40,605 bases of DNA from Oscillospiraceae bacterium. GTDB taxonomy: Bacteria > Bacillota_I > Bacilli_A > RFN20 > CAG-826. Positions 1 to 9,833 of the stretch are shown in pieces. Numbering within the stretch: the first letter of the stretch is position 1; each line of letters opens with the position of its first letter. The position numbers and the translations under genes were made by a program. The DNA lies in assembly GCA_963647095.1 (NCBI GenBank), contig CAVIYC010000002.1, positions 1-40,605 of the forward strand. The letters are read 5' to 3'. The notes beneath the pieces are model-generated. The model was not told the DNA's origin. It saw only the letters and a list, made by a program, of their open reading frames with translations, and did not search any database.

Positions 1-61
1 ATCTTATTCCTTGCGCCTTTTCTTGTGAAATAAAAGCCCTCTCAAATAGCCTTTTGCTACC

Positions 62-119
62 TTAAAACAAATCAAAATAAGTGTTACTTCCTCAAAATTT
101 TTTCGAGATAGTAACACTT
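62..119 (-). terminator. Putative intrinsic terminator downstream of the PAP2-family gene
   Basis: Perfect 10-bp stem AAGTGTTACT (79-88) / AGTAACACTT (110-119). On the minus strand a T-rich tract follows it (complement of 62-78). The loop is long (~21 nt), so support is moderate. Confidence 0.45.
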
Positions 120-173
120 AATTGATATTGCACTAGATTTTATCGAATGTTTTTTTCGCCAATTTTCACCCTT

Positions 174-1106
174 TTATTTGGACGTCATTTCTTCCAAGGC
201 CGGCTGAAGCTTCTTTTCTCTGATGATTATCTCGTTCGCGGCGAAGAAACAGATAAGGCTTATGATGGCACCCATCGAAACGTCGGATAGATAATGCGCC
301 CCAACGATCATTCTGGAAAGGCTGACAAGCAAAGCCCAGATAAATCCCCCGATAAAAGCCGGAAGCTGCCATTTCGCGGCTTTTTTCCCAAGCAAAGGCA
401 ATAGAGTGGCCAACATCATCAAGGTGCAGCTAACCCCGGCATGTCCGCTCGGGAAGGATTTGAATTCCTCGCTGGTGATATAAGGATGGGTAGGAGACAG
501 ATTCTCCAAGACGTCCTTGTAATACGGGCTCGCTTTCCACCAAGGGACGAACTTAATCAAATTTTCGTTGATGAGATATCTGAATCTCGGGCGATGCATC
601 AAAGCCTTCAAACCGGTGATTCCCACGGTCATCGCGAACACGACGAACGGCAAGACGATCAATATGACTTTCAGCAGTTCTTTGTTGTTTATTTTTTTGC
701 TCACAAACCAACCGGCGACCCCAAAGCCGAAGTTGACCACCGCGCCGATAAGGTAACCAAGCCAATTCAAGGAGGCGTCATTATAGCCATTCACGCTCCA
801 AGGCTCTCTGCCGGAAAAGAACACCGCGGCCCCGTAAGCGGCCACCGCCAAGACGATTAGGATCGCTTTGACCCACTTCTTCCATTCGAATTTGACGGCC
901 AAATGGAGGAATGCCCCGCCGAATATGGCGTATATGGCGTAGCCGAAATACATGGAGAAGGCGGCCATAAATAGCCCAAATCCCCTAGCCGCCCCTTCCG
1001 AGGCGTAAAGACCTTTGGCTATTTCCAAATCGAAAACCGAGCCAAAGACGAAAAGGATGATAAAAACCGCCAAGGCGGCAATTAAAGGATAGCGCATTGA
1101 TTTCAT
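174..1106 (-). CDS. PAP2-family (type 2 phosphatidic acid / undecaprenyl-PP type) membrane phosphatase
   Basis: Polytopic ORF with the three PAP2 motifs: KALMHRPRF, SFPSGHAG and SRMIVGAHYLSD. Start placed at the ATG giving MKSMRYPLIAAL (1104-1106) rather than the ORF-track start at 1133, which would overlap the rplQ terminator. Start choice is uncertain. Confidence 0.8.
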   Translation of the reverse strand: MKSMRYPLIAALAVFIILFVFGSVFDLEIAKGLYASEGAARGFGLFMAAFSMYFGYAIYAIFGGAFLHLAVKFEWKKWVKAILIVLAVAAYGAAVFFSGREPWSVNGYNDASLNWLGYLIGAVVNFGFGVAGWFVSKKINNKELLKVILIVLPFVVFAMTVGITGLKALMHRPRFRYLINENLIKFVPWWKASPYYKDVLENLSPTHPYITSEEFKSFPSGHAGVSCTLMMLATLLPLLGKKAAKWQLPAFIGGFIWALLVSLSRMIVGAHYLSDVSMGAIISLICFFAANEIIIREKKLQPALEEMTSK

Positions 1107-1130
1107 GGCTATATTTAACCATAAACATGG

Positions 1131-1157
1131 CAAAAGAAAAACGGCCCGAAGGCCGTT
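1131..1157 (-). terminator. Intrinsic terminator after rplQ (end of alpha operon)
   Basis: Minus-strand reading is AACGGCC-ttcg-GGCCGTT followed by TTTTCTTTT. Stem 1140-1146 / 1151-1157, 11 nt past the rplQ stop. Confidence 0.85.
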
Positions 1158-1168
1158 ATTTCCAATAA

Positions 1169-1570
1169 TTAGTCAACCCAGGTAACTAAGACCACTTGGG
1201 CGTTGTCGCCACGACGGGCGCCGAGCTTGTATTGATGGGTGTAACCACCGTTGCGGGACGCATATTTCGGGGCGATTTCGTTAAAGAGCTTGTTGAGGGC
1301 GTTGTTGCCTTTTTCGTCGGCGATGCCGTTACGAAGGACGCGAGCCGCCTGACGACGGGCCGCGACATCGCCCTTCTTGCCCAAGGTAACCATCTTGTCG
1401 GCTAAGGAAACGAGGTCCTTGCTGACGCCGGAGGTGACCTTGACTTGGCCGTGGACGATGAGTTCGCTCACGACGTTGCGAAGCATGGCTTTGTTTTTGG
1501 ACGGGGTGTAAGCCGCCTTGAAGCGGACGCCGGTCTTGCCATGAACATTCTTTCTGCCTTGTGCTGCCAT
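1169..1570 (-). CDS. rplQ: 50S ribosomal protein bL17
   Basis: 133 aa. Core KNKAMLRNVVSELIVHGQVKVT...GDVAARRQAARVLRN matches bL17. Follows rpoA as in the alpha operon. About 15 extra N-terminal residues. Confidence 0.93.
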   Translation of the reverse strand: MAAQGRKNVHGKTGVRFKAAYTPSKNKAMLRNVVSELIVHGQVKVTSGVSKDLVSLADKMVTLGKKGDVAARRQAARVLRNGIADEKGNNALNKLFNEIAPKYASRNGGYTHQYKLGARRGDNAQVVLVTWVD

Positions 1571-1573
1571 AAA

Positions 1574-2572
1574 TTAATCTCCTACGCTGTCACGGAAGTG
1601 TAAGCCGATGGAGGCCAACTTCTCTTTGACTTCTTTTAGCGACTTCTTGCCGAGGTTGCGGACTTTCATCATCTCGCCTTCGGATCTCTGGGTGAGTTCC
1701 ATGACGGTGCTGATGCCAGCGCGCTTGAGGCAATTGTTCGAACGAACCGACAAGTCGAGTTCTTCGATCATCATTTCTTGGAATTTGTTTTCTTCGACCA
1801 CAGCTTCTTCTTTGTCCAACTTGTAGTTCTTGACGATCTCGTTTAAGGAGACGAATTTCTGCAAGTGTCCGATGAGAAGCTGAGCCGCCATGGCCACGGC
1901 CTCATCGGGATTGATGGAGCCATTGGTGGTGACTTCGAGCGTCAATTTGTCGAATTTGCTGTCATGCTCGACGCGGGTCGGCTCGACGGCATAGGCGACT
2001 TTGGTGACCGGCGAATAGTTGCTGTCGGTCGGGATGACGCCGATGGTGGTTATGTTTCTGTCGGCTTTGTTGGCTTTGTTGGTGACGTATCCGCGGCCTT
2101 GGGAGGCATAGATCGTCATCTTGATGTGGCCATCATCGTTTAAGTGGGCAATCTCCAAATCCGGATTGACCACGCTGGTCAAGGAAGGAAGGACCAAGTC
2201 TCCGGCGGTCAAAGTGCCGGGGCCTTGGAAATCGACTTCGATCTTTTTGACGACGTTGGGGTCGGAATCTTCGATCTTGAGAACCAAGTCCTTGAGGTTC
2301 AAAACGATCGCGGTGACGTCTTCTTCGACGCCGGTGATGGAAGAGAACTCGTGACGGACACCTTCGATTTCGATGGCGAAGACGCTGGCGCCCGGGAGGG
2401 CGGAGAGCAAGACGCGACGGAGGGCGTTGCCGATGGTCAAGCCGAAGCCTCTTTCGAGGGGTTCGATGACGAATTTGGCATAATGGTTGGCCTCGTCGTT
2501 GGTATCGACCTTGATATCAAAGGTTTGGAACGGATTTGGGAGTTGGATGGATTGGACGTTTTCGTTAGTCAT
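1574..2572 (-). CDS. rpoA: DNA-directed RNA polymerase alpha subunit
   Basis: 332 aa. N-terminal domain motif GNALRRVLLSALPG and C-terminal domain LDLSVRSNNCLKRAGI. AGGAGG Shine-Dalgarno (SD) upstream of the ATG at 2572. Confidence 0.97.
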   Translation of the reverse strand: MTNENVQSIQLPNPFQTFDIKVDTNDEANHYAKFVIEPLERGFGLTIGNALRRVLLSALPGASVFAIEIEGVRHEFSSITGVEEDVTAIVLNLKDLVLKIEDSDPNVVKKIEVDFQGPGTLTAGDLVLPSLTSVVNPDLEIAHLNDDGHIKMTIYASQGRGYVTNKANKADRNITTIGVIPTDSNYSPVTKVAYAVEPTRVEHDSKFDKLTLEVTTNGSINPDEAVAMAAQLLIGHLQKFVSLNEIVKNYKLDKEEAVVEENKFQEMMIEELDLSVRSNNCLKRAGISTVMELTQRSEGEMMKVRNLGKKSLKEVKEKLASIGLHFRDSVGD

Positions 2573-2645
2573 TATTTTTAATTTCCTCCTAGATAATAAC
2601 TGTTGTTATCGGTCTATCCCAATGGATAGGAATGGCCAAGTTGCA

Positions 2646-3041
2646 CTAGCCCCTTGGCTTCTTCGGAGGGCGGCACCCGTTATGTGGGATCGGGGTGGTA
2701 TCGATGATCGACAAGATCTGCAATCCGGCGACTCCAAGGGCGCGGACGGCGGATTCGCGGCCAGGGCCGGCGCCTTTGATGTCGACGTCGACTTGGCGGA
2801 GGCCTTGGTCAAAGGCGCTCTTGCCAGCGGCTTCGCCAGCCAATTGGGCTACGAACGGAGTGGATTTCTTGGCGCCATGGTAACCGAGGGCACCGGCGGA
2901 AGACCAGGCGATGACATTGCCTTGCTGGTCGGTGATCGAAACGATGGTGTTGTTGAAGGTGGAGTGGATGTGAGCTACGCCACGGACATATGAGCGCTTG
3001 ACTTTCTTCTTGCGGGCGCTGGTGGTTTTCTTCTGTGCCAT
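2646..3041 (-). CDS. rpsK: 30S ribosomal protein uS11
   Basis: 131 aa. [27 protein letters not shown] and [15 protein letters not shown] are typical uS11. Follows rpsM. Confidence 0.97.
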   Translation of the reverse strand: MAQKKTTSARKKKVKRSYVRGVAHIHSTFNNTIVSITDQQGNVIAWSSAGALGYHGAKKSTPFVAQLAGEAAGKSAFDQGLRQVDVDIKGAGPGRESAVRALGVAGLQILSIIDTTPIPHNGCRPPKKPRG

Positions 3042-3055
3042 TAGTCATATCCTCC

Positions 3056-3430
3056 TTATCTGGTGGCCATCTTCTTGTTGGCGATGGTCTTTCTGCGACC
3101 TTTGCGGGTACGGGCATTGGTCTTGGTGCGCTGTCCGCGGACAGGCAAGCCGTGTTTGTGGCGCAAGCCACGATAGCAACCGATTTCGGTTAAGCGTTTG
3201 ATGTTGAGCGCGACTTCGCGGCGGAGATCGCCTTCGGTTTTGATTTCGGCGACTTCGTTACGGATGGCGGTCAATTGCTCGTCGGTGAGGTTCTTGACGC
3301 GGATGTTCTCGTCAACCTTGGCGGCGGCGCAGATTTTTTTGGCAGTCGTTAAGCCAATACCATAGATATAGGTAAGGCTGATGACGACATGTTTCTCATT
3401 GGGGATATCAACCCCTGCAATACGTGCCAT
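3056..3430 (-). CDS. rpsM: 30S ribosomal protein uS13
   Basis: 124 aa starting [10 protein letters not shown], with [25 protein letters not shown]. Confidence 0.97.
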   Translation of the reverse strand: MARIAGVDIPNEKHVVISLTYIYGIGLTTAKKICAAAKVDENIRVKNLTDEQLTAIRNEVAEIKTEGDLRREVALNIKRLTEIGCYRGLRHKHGLPVRGQRTKTNARTRKGRRKTIANKKMATR

Positions 3431-3452
3431 ATTCTTCGTTTGCTCCTTTTAA

Positions 3453-3566
3453 TTAACCTTGTCTCTGTTTGTGCTTTGGATTAGGGCAAATGCACATGAC
3501 CACGCCATGACGGCGGATGATTCTGCACTTATTGCAGATTGGTTTGACAGATGGTCTGACTTTCAT
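3453..3566 (-). CDS. rpmJ: 50S ribosomal protein bL36
   Basis: Absent from the ORF track (<60 aa). The reverse complement translates to [37 protein letters not shown] plus stop. Canonical position between infA and rpsM. Confidence 0.95.
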   Translation of the reverse strand: MKVRPSVKPICNKCRIIRRHGVVMCICPNPKHKQRQG

Positions 3567-3579
3567 AAATGCTGTTCTC

Positions 3580-3801
3580 CTAATTTTTGTATCGGAACGT
3601 AATACGCCCGCGTGTTAAATCATAAGGTGAGAACTGAACGGTAACTCTATCACCGGGGAGAATGCGTATGTAGTGCATACGGATTTTGCCCGAAACGCAG
3701 GCTTGAACTACCGCGCCGTTGGCGAGTTTCACCTTGAAGTTGGCATTAGGCAAAGTTTCTAATACCGTGGCTTCGATCTCTAGACATTCTTCTTTTGCCA
3801 A
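3580..3801 (-). CDS. infA: Translation initiation factor IF-1
   Basis: C-terminal 73 codons of ORF 3580..4257 read (M)[72 protein letters not shown], which is IF-1. Start is TTG at 3799-3801, preceded by AAAGGAG 6 nt upstream. The longer ORF is an out-of-frame overlap with map. Confidence 0.92.
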   Translation of the reverse strand: MAKEECLEIEATVLETLPNANFKVKLANGAVVQACVSGKIRMHYIRILPGDRVTVQFSPYDLTRGRITFRYKN

Positions 3802-3815
3802 TGTTTGTCTCCTTT

Positions 3816-4565
3816 TCAAAGAATCGTCAACACCTCGTAACCGTCTTTGGTGACGACTATGGTGTTTTCGTAATGGGCGGAATATTTGCCGTCTTTGGTG
3901 ACGGTCGTCCAACCATCGGGGAGGGTGCGGAGGGCGGGTTTGCCTTCCATTACCATCGGTTCGATGGCTAAAGTCATGCCGGCTTTCAAGATTGGCCCGG
4001 TTCCCGGCGTCCCGTAGTTCGGGATGTAGGGATCTTCGTGCATGTCTTTGCCGATGCCGTGTCCCGTGAATTCGCGGGCGACGGAATAGCCGTTTGATTC
4101 GGCCACGACTTGGATGGCGTGTTCGACATCGCCAAGATGGACGCCTTCCTTTACGAGTTTTACCCCGCTCCAAAAAGCTTCTTCGGTGACTTTGATGAGG
4201 CGGGTGGCGTGTTCTTGGACGATGCCCACCGGATAAGTCCGGCAAGCGTCGGCGCAATAGCCATCCTTCTTCACCACAATGTCAATTGAGATGATGTCTC
4301 CGTCTTTGAGGATTTTCTTCTTGGACGGAATGCCATGCAAGAGGACTTCGTTGACTGAGGCGCATATGGCTCCAGGGTAACCGTAATAGCCTTTCTCGGC
4401 GGAGATCGCGCCATGTTCTATCATGACGCGCTCTGCCGCATCGTTTAGCTCTTCGGTTGATACGCCGGGGGCGATCATCTCCGCCATTTTGGCGAAGACT
4501 GCGTCGCACACGAGTCCCGCTTCCCTCATGAGAGCGATCTCACGCGGGGATTTGAGGATGATCAT
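3816..4565 (-). CDS. map: Type I methionine aminopeptidase
   Basis: 249 aa. [17 protein letters not shown]... with the [26 protein letters not shown] and LAIEPM metal-site contexts. ATGA overlap with the adk stop. Confidence 0.96.
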   Translation of the reverse strand: MIILKSPREIALMREAGLVCDAVFAKMAEMIAPGVSTEELNDAAERVMIEHGAISAEKGYYGYPGAICASVNEVLLHGIPSKKKILKDGDIISIDIVVKKDGYCADACRTYPVGIVQEHATRLIKVTEEAFWSGVKLVKEGVHLGDVEHAIQVVAESNGYSVAREFTGHGIGKDMHEDPYIPNYGTPGTGPILKAGMTLAIEPMVMEGKPALRTLPDGWTTVTKDGKYSAHYENTIVVTKDGYEVLTIL

Positions 4566-5206
4566 TTATTCCCTCCCAAAGCGCCTTTGATGGAGGCTTT
4601 GACGAAAGAGGTTTCCTTTTCACCCTCGAAATCGTGCAAGATTCCCTTCTCTTTGTAGAAATCAAGGAGAGGGGCCGTGCTGTTGTGGTAATTCTCCAGC
4701 CTGATTTTGAAGGATTCTTCGTTGTCGTCCTTGCGCTGGATAAGGGGAGAGCCGCAATAATCGCAGATCCCTTCCTTAGCCGGCTTCATGGTGTTGACGT
4801 TGAAGCTGGCGCCGCATTTGGGGCAGACGCGTCTGCCGGCGATGCGGGATACCAATATGTCCTCGGGGCAAGAGATGTTGACGACATGGGTGGGGATTAT
4901 CTCCTCTCCCATGCTATCGAGGGCTTTGGCCTGCGGGATGGTGCGGGGGAATCCGTCGAGCAGATAACCCTTCGCGCAATCGGGCTTGGAAAGCCTCTCT
5001 TTCACCAATTCGCAGGTAAGCTCGTCGGAAACGAGATTGCCGGAATTGATGACGTCTTTGATTTTGTTGCCAAGTTCCGTTCCGGAGGCAATCGCCTCGC
5101 GGAACATGTCTCCAGTGGAGATGTGGGGGATGGAATAATCCTCCTCCATCCATTTGGCGTGGGTGCCTTTGCCGGCGCCCGGGGGTCCCATGAGAATGAT
5201 TTTCAT
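4562..5206 (-). CDS. adk: Adenylate kinase (zinc-lid type)
   Basis: 214 aa. P-loop GPPGAGKGT and lid CPKCG...CDYCG. TGA stop. Confidence 0.97.
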   Translation of the reverse strand: MKIILMGPPGAGKGTHAKWMEEDYSIPHISTGDMFREAIASGTELGNKIKDVINSGNLVSDELTCELVKERLSKPDCAKGYLLDGFPRTIPQAKALDSMGEEIIPTHVVNISCPEDILVSRIAGRRVCPKCGASFNVNTMKPAKEGICDYCGSPLIQRKDDNEESFKIRLENYHNSTAPLLDFYKEKGILHDFEGEKETSFVKASIKGALGGNK

Positions 5207-5211
5207 AATTC

Positions 5212-6576
5212 TTATCTGACCTTCGCGGCCGCCTCTTTGGCTTTATCGAAGCTCTTTCCGGCCAATAAGCCATCGATCTGGGCGTTGATTTCGAGAGCGA
5301 CACCCACGATGATGATCAAACCGGTTCCGCCTAGGGATAGCGACGTGTCGCCATCGAAGACGTTGGTAAGAGTCAATATGATCGGCAAGGCGGCGATCAA
5401 GACCAAGGCCCACGCGCCGATGAAGGTCACGCGGTTGAGAACCTTGGAAACATAACGCTCGGTTTCCTTGCCCGGGCGGATGCCAGGGATATAGGCACCG
5501 CTCTTTTGGAAGTTCTCGGCCATCTTGGCTGGATCTATTTCCATTTGGGAATAGAAGAAGGAGAAGGCCAATATGAGAACCAGGTATATCACCAAGCCCC
5601 AGTCCATTTCCCAGGTGTTCCCGTTGAACCACGGCATCGTGAAGGTCTCGTTGTAGTTGAAGATCTTCAGCCATTCGGCTTCGGAAGCTTCCGACGAGAT
5701 GAACGACGCTATGACCTGCGGGGCGGCCATGATGGACGAAGCGAAGATGACGGGGATGACGCCGGCGCTGTTGACCTTGATGGGAAGGAAGGAAGCGCGG
5801 GCCATGGATTGGCTGCCGGATTTGTTGGCGTGTTGCACCGGTATTTTCCTTCGGCTCAATTCCATGAAGACGACGAAGGATACGATAAGGATCATCGCCA
5901 AGATATATAGCGCGAATTGGAACGATCCGCGGATTATCTCGGTGCTGGAACGCGAAATGTTGTTCGTGATCCATTTGTTCCAGCCAGTGGTTATCTGGGT
6001 CGGAAGCGAACGGACGCAACCGGCGAAGATTATCACGGATATACCGTTACCTAAGCCTTTTTCGGTGATTTGGTCGCCAAGCCACATGGTAAGCATCGCG
6101 CCCGCCAATAAGACTGTGACGATGTAGGCATAGGTCCAGAAGTTGGTCTGCAACGTTATGGTGATGTAATCGCTGTTTTCCATGGTTTTGATGATGCCAT
6201 AGCCCTGAACCGCGCCTAACAATAAGGTGAGGTATCTGGTGGCCATCGCGATCTTCTTGCGGCCATATTCGCCCTGCTTGGACAATTCGGTCAAAGCGGG
6301 GAGGACGTCTTTGGATAACAGCTGGACGATAATCTGGGCGGTAATATAAGGCGAGACACCTAACGCGAAGACGGAGAAGTTGCTTAACGCGCCACCTCCG
6401 AGAAGGTTCATGATCGAAAGGGCAGAACCCGAATTGATCATGTCCTCCATTTTGGAAGGGTCGACGCCCGGAACGTGAATTGCCGCCCCGATTCTTAGAA
6501 CCAAAAGAATCATGATCGTAAAGAAAATACGATTGACTATCTCCTTGTTTTTGAAAATCGAGACGAACTTTTTCAT
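5212..6576 (-). CDS. secY: Preprotein translocase subunit SecY
   Basis: 454-aa polytopic protein. LGVSPYITAQIIVQLL and GGTGLIIIVGVALE motifs. spc-operon position. Confidence 0.97.
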   Translation of the reverse strand: MKKFVSIFKNKEIVNRIFFTIMILLVLRIGAAIHVPGVDPSKMEDMINSGSALSIMNLLGGGALSNFSVFALGVSPYITAQIIVQLLSKDVLPALTELSKQGEYGRKKIAMATRYLTLLLGAVQGYGIIKTMENSDYITITLQTNFWTYAYIVTVLLAGAMLTMWLGDQITEKGLGNGISVIIFAGCVRSLPTQITTGWNKWITNNISRSSTEIIRGSFQFALYILAMILIVSFVVFMELSRRKIPVQHANKSGSQSMARASFLPIKVNSAGVIPVIFASSIMAAPQVIASFISSEASEAEWLKIFNYNETFTMPWFNGNTWEMDWGLVIYLVLILAFSFFYSQMEIDPAKMAENFQKSGAYIPGIRPGKETERYVSKVLNRVTFIGAWALVLIAALPIILTLTNVFDGDTSLSLGGTGLIIIVGVALEINAQIDGLLAGKSFDKAKEAAAKVR

Positions 6577-7022
6577 TATTTAAGGACCTCGGCCTTTCCG
6601 CCTTTCGCTTCGATCGCTTCTTTGGCGGAAGCGGAGAAAGCGTCGGCCTTGACGTTAAGAGTTTTTTCCAATGTGCCTTTTCCAAGGATCTTGACCTTGC
6701 CGGCGGTCTTTTTGACGATGCCTTTTTCGATCAATTTGGCGATGGTGACTTCCTCATTGTCGGCGAAGACGTTGAGTTTGTCGAGGTTTACTGGAACATA
6801 CTCCACGCGGGTGAAGTTGCGGAAACCGAATTTAGGAAGACGGCGGTTGAGAGGCATTTGGCCACCTTCGAAGCCGTTTTTCTTGGTATGGGCGTGGGCG
6901 CCTTGGCCTTTTTGTCCCTTGCCGGCGGTTTTGCCGTTGCCGGAACCTAAGCCTTGGCCTCTGCGCCAATGCTCGAATTTGGAGCCTTCGACGACTTTGA
7001 TATCAGATAACGAAGTAGCCAT
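6576..7022 (-). CDS. rplO: 50S ribosomal protein uL15
   Basis: 148 aa. [15 protein letters not shown] and [16 protein letters not shown]. Stop overlaps the secY start by 1 nt. Confidence 0.96.
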   Translation of the reverse strand: MATSLSDIKVVEGSKFEHWRRGQGLGSGNGKTAGKGQKGQGAHAHTKKNGFEGGQMPLNRRLPKFGFRNFTRVEYVPVNLDKLNVFADNEEVTIAKLIEKGIVKKTAGKVKILGKGTLEKTLNVKADAFSASAKEAIEAKGGKAEVLK

Positions 7023-7024
7023 TA

Positions 7025-7714
7025 TTACTTACCTCCTTCGGGTTTTTCGAAGTGTTTCTTCGAAGCTTGATGGGAAGCTTTGATCTCTTCCGGGGTCTTC
7101 AATCCGCGAAGGACCATGACTTTGCCATATTCCTTCAAGGAGCGGAGTCCGGCGTCGGTAGCGCGGATGACGTTGATCGGGGTGCGGGATCCGTAGACCT
7201 TGGAAACGACGTTCTTGATGCCAGCCAATTCCAAGACGGCGCGGACGGCGCCACCGGCGACGATTCCGGTGCCGGCTGGAGCCGGTTTCAAGAGAACCTT
7301 GGTATCGCCGAATTTGCCGACCACTTCGTGGGAAATGGTTCCGCCTTTGACGATCTTGATTTGGTAGGTGTTTTTCTTGGCCGCGGTCAAAGCCTTTTTG
7401 ACGGCATCGGGGACTTCACCGGATTTGCGGAGGGCGAATCCGTATTTGCCTTTGCCGTCTCCAATGACGACGAGGGCATCGAAACGCATGTGCTTGCCGC
7501 CTTTTTCGGTACGGCTGATGCGGTTGATGTTGACTACGCGGTCTTTGTATTCGTTTTCCTCGCGACGGAATCCGCCGCGGTTGCCTCTGCGATCGCCCGA
7601 GCGGCCGCCTTTGTGGGCGGTATTGCCTCTGCGATCGGAGGAACGTCCAGCGTTAATGGCTGGCTTATTGGAGGTTGCTGCTTCCGCAGTTTCAACTTTC
7701 TTGGTTTCTTCCAT
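7025..7714 (-). CDS. rpsE: 30S ribosomal protein uS5 with long Arg/Gly-rich N-terminal extension
   Basis: 229 aa. Core [50 protein letters not shown]...[19 protein letters not shown] is uS5. About 55 extra N-terminal residues. Confidence 0.95.
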   Translation of the reverse strand: MEETKKVETAEAATSNKPAINAGRSSDRRGNTAHKGGRSGDRRGNRGGFRREENEYKDRVVNINRISRTEKGGKHMRFDALVVIGDGKGKYGFALRKSGEVPDAVKKALTAAKKNTYQIKIVKGGTISHEVVGKFGDTKVLLKPAPAGTGIVAGGAVRAVLELAGIKNVVSKVYGSRTPINVIRATDAGLRSLKEYGKVMVLRGLKTPEEIKASHQASKKHFEKPEGGK

Positions 7715-7726
7715 AAGTCTATCTCG

Positions 7727-8083
7727 TTAGAAAACGAGTCCTCCTTTTCTGGCGGCGTCTGCCAAAGCGGCGACGCGTCCGTGGTAAACGTATCCACCGC
7801 GGTCGAAGACGACCTTGGTGATGCCGGCGGCTTTGGCCTTCTCGGCGATGTCGGCACCGACTTTGCTAGCGCCTTCTTTGTTTCCGCCATCCTTCAATTT
7901 GAGGGCGACGGAGGAAGAGGCTACCAAGGTGTGGCCTTTGGTATCATCGATGATTTGGGCTTCGATGTTCTTGTTGCTGCGGAAGACGACAAGACGAGGG
8001 CACTCGGAAGTGCCGTTCACTTTTTCACGGACACGCAAATGACGGCGTTGTCTCATGGAATTGCGGGATTCTTTGTTGATCAT
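7727..8083 (-). CDS. rplR: 50S ribosomal protein uL18
   Basis: 118 aa. [35 protein letters not shown] and [26 protein letters not shown]. Confidence 0.96.
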   Translation of the reverse strand: MINKESRNSMRQRRHLRVREKVNGTSECPRLVVFRSNKNIEAQIIDDTKGHTLVASSSVALKLKDGGNKEGASKVGADIAEKAKAAGITKVVFDRGGYVYHGRVAALADAARKGGLVF

Positions 8084-8099
8084 GTCTTATCTCCTTTCC

Positions 8100-8642
8100 T
8101 TATTTCTTGCCGGAGGCGGCGCGTTTGCCGACCTTCTTGATCATCTTTTGGCCCTTATAGTGGACGCCTTTGTTTCCATAGACGTCGGGACGATGGCAGT
8201 CATAGATGAGAGCGGCGGTCTGTCCGACTTCCTGCTTGTCGCAGCCTTCGACGGTGATGGTCGTTTCGGTCGGGCAGGTGATTTTGGTGAATTTTCCAAC
8301 TGGGGAAACGGTTATTTCGTGGCTATAGCCCAAGAACATGACGACGGCGCCGTTCTTGATGGAGCAACGATAACCGGTACCGGCGACTTCGAGCTCTTTC
8401 TTCCAGCCTTCGGTCACGCCTTTGACGGCGTTTAGGAGGTTGGCGACGGTCGTGCCGGTGCATGGGGTATCTTCGCCGATGGGCTTAACAGATAACACGC
8501 CGTCGGTTAGAGAGACGCTAACGTCCTTTGGAAGATGGACGCTTACTTCGCCTTTGGAACCTTTGATGACGGCGGTCCCTTCATTGAGAGTGCAAGTGAC
8601 TCCCTCCGGAAGAGCGACGGGTTTCAATCCGATTCTACTCAT
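8100..8642 (-). CDS. rplF: 50S ribosomal protein uL6
   Basis: 180 aa starting MSRIGLKPVALPEGV, with YGNKGVHYKGQ near the C-terminus. Confidence 0.96.
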   Translation of the reverse strand: MSRIGLKPVALPEGVTCTLNEGTAVIKGSKGEVSVHLPKDVSVSLTDGVLSVKPIGEDTPCTGTTVANLLNAVKGVTEGWKKELEVAGTGYRCSIKNGAVVMFLGYSHEITVSPVGKFTKITCPTETTITVEGCDKQEVGQTAALIYDCHRPDVYGNKGVHYKGQKMIKKVGKRAASGKK

Positions 8643-8660
8643 ATCTCTGGATACTCCTTA

Positions 8661-9056
8661 TTACCACACGTAGCAGAGGACTTCGCCGCCGACGTTGGCC
8701 TTGCGGGCTTCAGCGTCGGTCAGCAAACCTTTGCTGGTGGAGATGATGGCGATGCCAAGTCCGCCCAAGACGCGCGGGAGCTTATCGCACTGCGCGGTAG
8801 CGCGGAGGCCGGGCTTGGAGATTTTCTTCAAGCCGGTGATGGCACGTTCGCCGGTAGGGCCGTATTTGAGGGTGATGGTCAAGGTTTTGTTGACTCCTTC
8901 GCCTTCGGAGACGGCGGCGACCACGAATCCTTCTTTGACGAGGATATCGGCGATCGCTTGCTTCATTTTGCTATAAGGCATGGAGACGGTCTCATAACGT
9001 AAAGCGTTTGCGTTGCGGATGCGGGTGAGCATATCCGCGATAGGATCTGCGTTCAT
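8661..9056 (-). CDS. rpsH: 30S ribosomal protein uS8
   Basis: 131 aa. [14 protein letters not shown] and GGEVLCYVW at the C-terminus. Confidence 0.96.
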   Translation of the reverse strand: MNADPIADMLTRIRNANALRYETVSMPYSKMKQAIADILVKEGFVVAAVSEGEGVNKTLTITLKYGPTGERAITGLKKISKPGLRATAQCDKLPRVLGGLGIAIISTSKGLLTDAEARKANVGGEVLCYVW

Positions 9057-9078
9057 AATTCTTTTGTCTCCTTTCCTA

Positions 9079-9264
9079 TTACCATGAGGCTTTCTTCATT
9101 CCCGGGATCTCGCCCTTATAAGCGAGTTCGCGGATGCAGATGCGGCATAATCCGAATTTGCGGATGACGCCATGGGGACGCCCACAGCGCTTGCAGCGGG
9201 TGTAAGCGCGGGTAGAGAACTTAACCGGGCGCTCGCATTTGACTTTCAAACTTGTTTTAGCCAT
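9079..9264 (-). CDS. rpsZ: 30S ribosomal protein uS14, zinc-binding type Z
   Basis: 61 aa. [41 protein letters not shown] with two CxxC pairs. Confidence 0.96.
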   Translation of the reverse strand: MAKTSLKVKCERPVKFSTRAYTRCKRCGRPHGVIRKFGLCRICIRELAYKGEIPGMKKASW

Positions 9265-9274
9265 GGGTTACTCC

Positions 9275-9820
9275 TTATTTCTTGAACGGCATGCCGATCT
9301 TTTCGAGCAAAGCATAAGCTTCCTCGTCGGTGTTGGCAGTCGTTACGATGACGATGTCCATGCCGCGGACCTTGCTCACCTTATCGTAATCGATTTCCGG
9401 GAAGATGAGCTGTTCCTTGACGCCCAAGGTATAGTTGCCGTGGCCGTCGAAGGCATTCTTGCTGACGCCGCGGAAGTCGCGGACGCGGGGCAAGGAGATG
9501 GACACCAATTTGTCGAGGAATTCGTACATGCGGGTGCCACGGAGAGTGACTTTGCAGCCGATGGATTGTCCTTCGCGGACCTTGAAGGTGGCGATGGATT
9601 TCTTGGCTTTGGTCACCACCGGTTTCTGTCCGGTGATGGTGGAAAGGTCCTTGACGCAATCCTCGATGACTTTTTCGTTGGTGGTAGCGTCGCCGCAGCC
9701 GATGTTGATGACGATCTTCTCTAAGCGCGGGGTTTGCATGACGCTGGTGTAATTGAATTGTTTGACTAAGGCCGGAACGATTTCAGCGTCGTAACGGGCT
9801 TTTAAGCGGTTTTCTGCCAT
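9275..9820 (-). CDS. rplE: 50S ribosomal protein uL5
   Basis: 181 aa. [15 protein letters not shown]..., [15 protein letters not shown] and [10 protein letters not shown]. Confidence 0.96.
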   Translation of the reverse strand: MAENRLKARYDAEIVPALVKQFNYTSVMQTPRLEKIVINIGCGDATTNEKVIEDCVKDLSTITGQKPVVTKAKKSIATFKVREGQSIGCKVTLRGTRMYEFLDKLVSISLPRVRDFRGVSKNAFDGHGNYTLGVKEQLIFPEIDYDKVSKVRGMDIVIVTTANTDEEAYALLEKIGMPFKK

Positions 9821-9833
9821 TTCTCATTCCTCC

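Noticed and set aside
1-33. Possible 3' end of a + strand CDS (ILFLAPFLVK-stop)
   Set aside because: Only 10 codons are visible and there is no supporting context. It cannot be supported.
3580-4257. 225-aa Arg-rich ORF
   Set aside because: Only the last 73 codons are real (infA, TTG start at 3801). The upstream part is an alternative frame of map and reads as Arg/His/Pro low complexity.
5243-6019. 258-aa same-strand alternative-frame ORF inside secY, and the similar 6047-6685 ORF
   Set aside because: These are out-of-frame overlaps with SecY and have Arg/His/Pro/Gly-rich composition. No independent support.
7052-8140. 362-aa ORF on the + strand across rpsE/rplR. Similar long antisense ORFs occur at 4634-5455, 8535-9002, 9239-9724, 11553-12140, 13078-13761, 17718-18401 and 39529-40128.
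   Set aside because: All lie exactly antisense to strongly supported conserved genes. Their composition is low-complexity and G/D/A/V/F-rich, as expected for the complement of codon-biased genes. They lack SDs. These are shadow ORFs, not genes.
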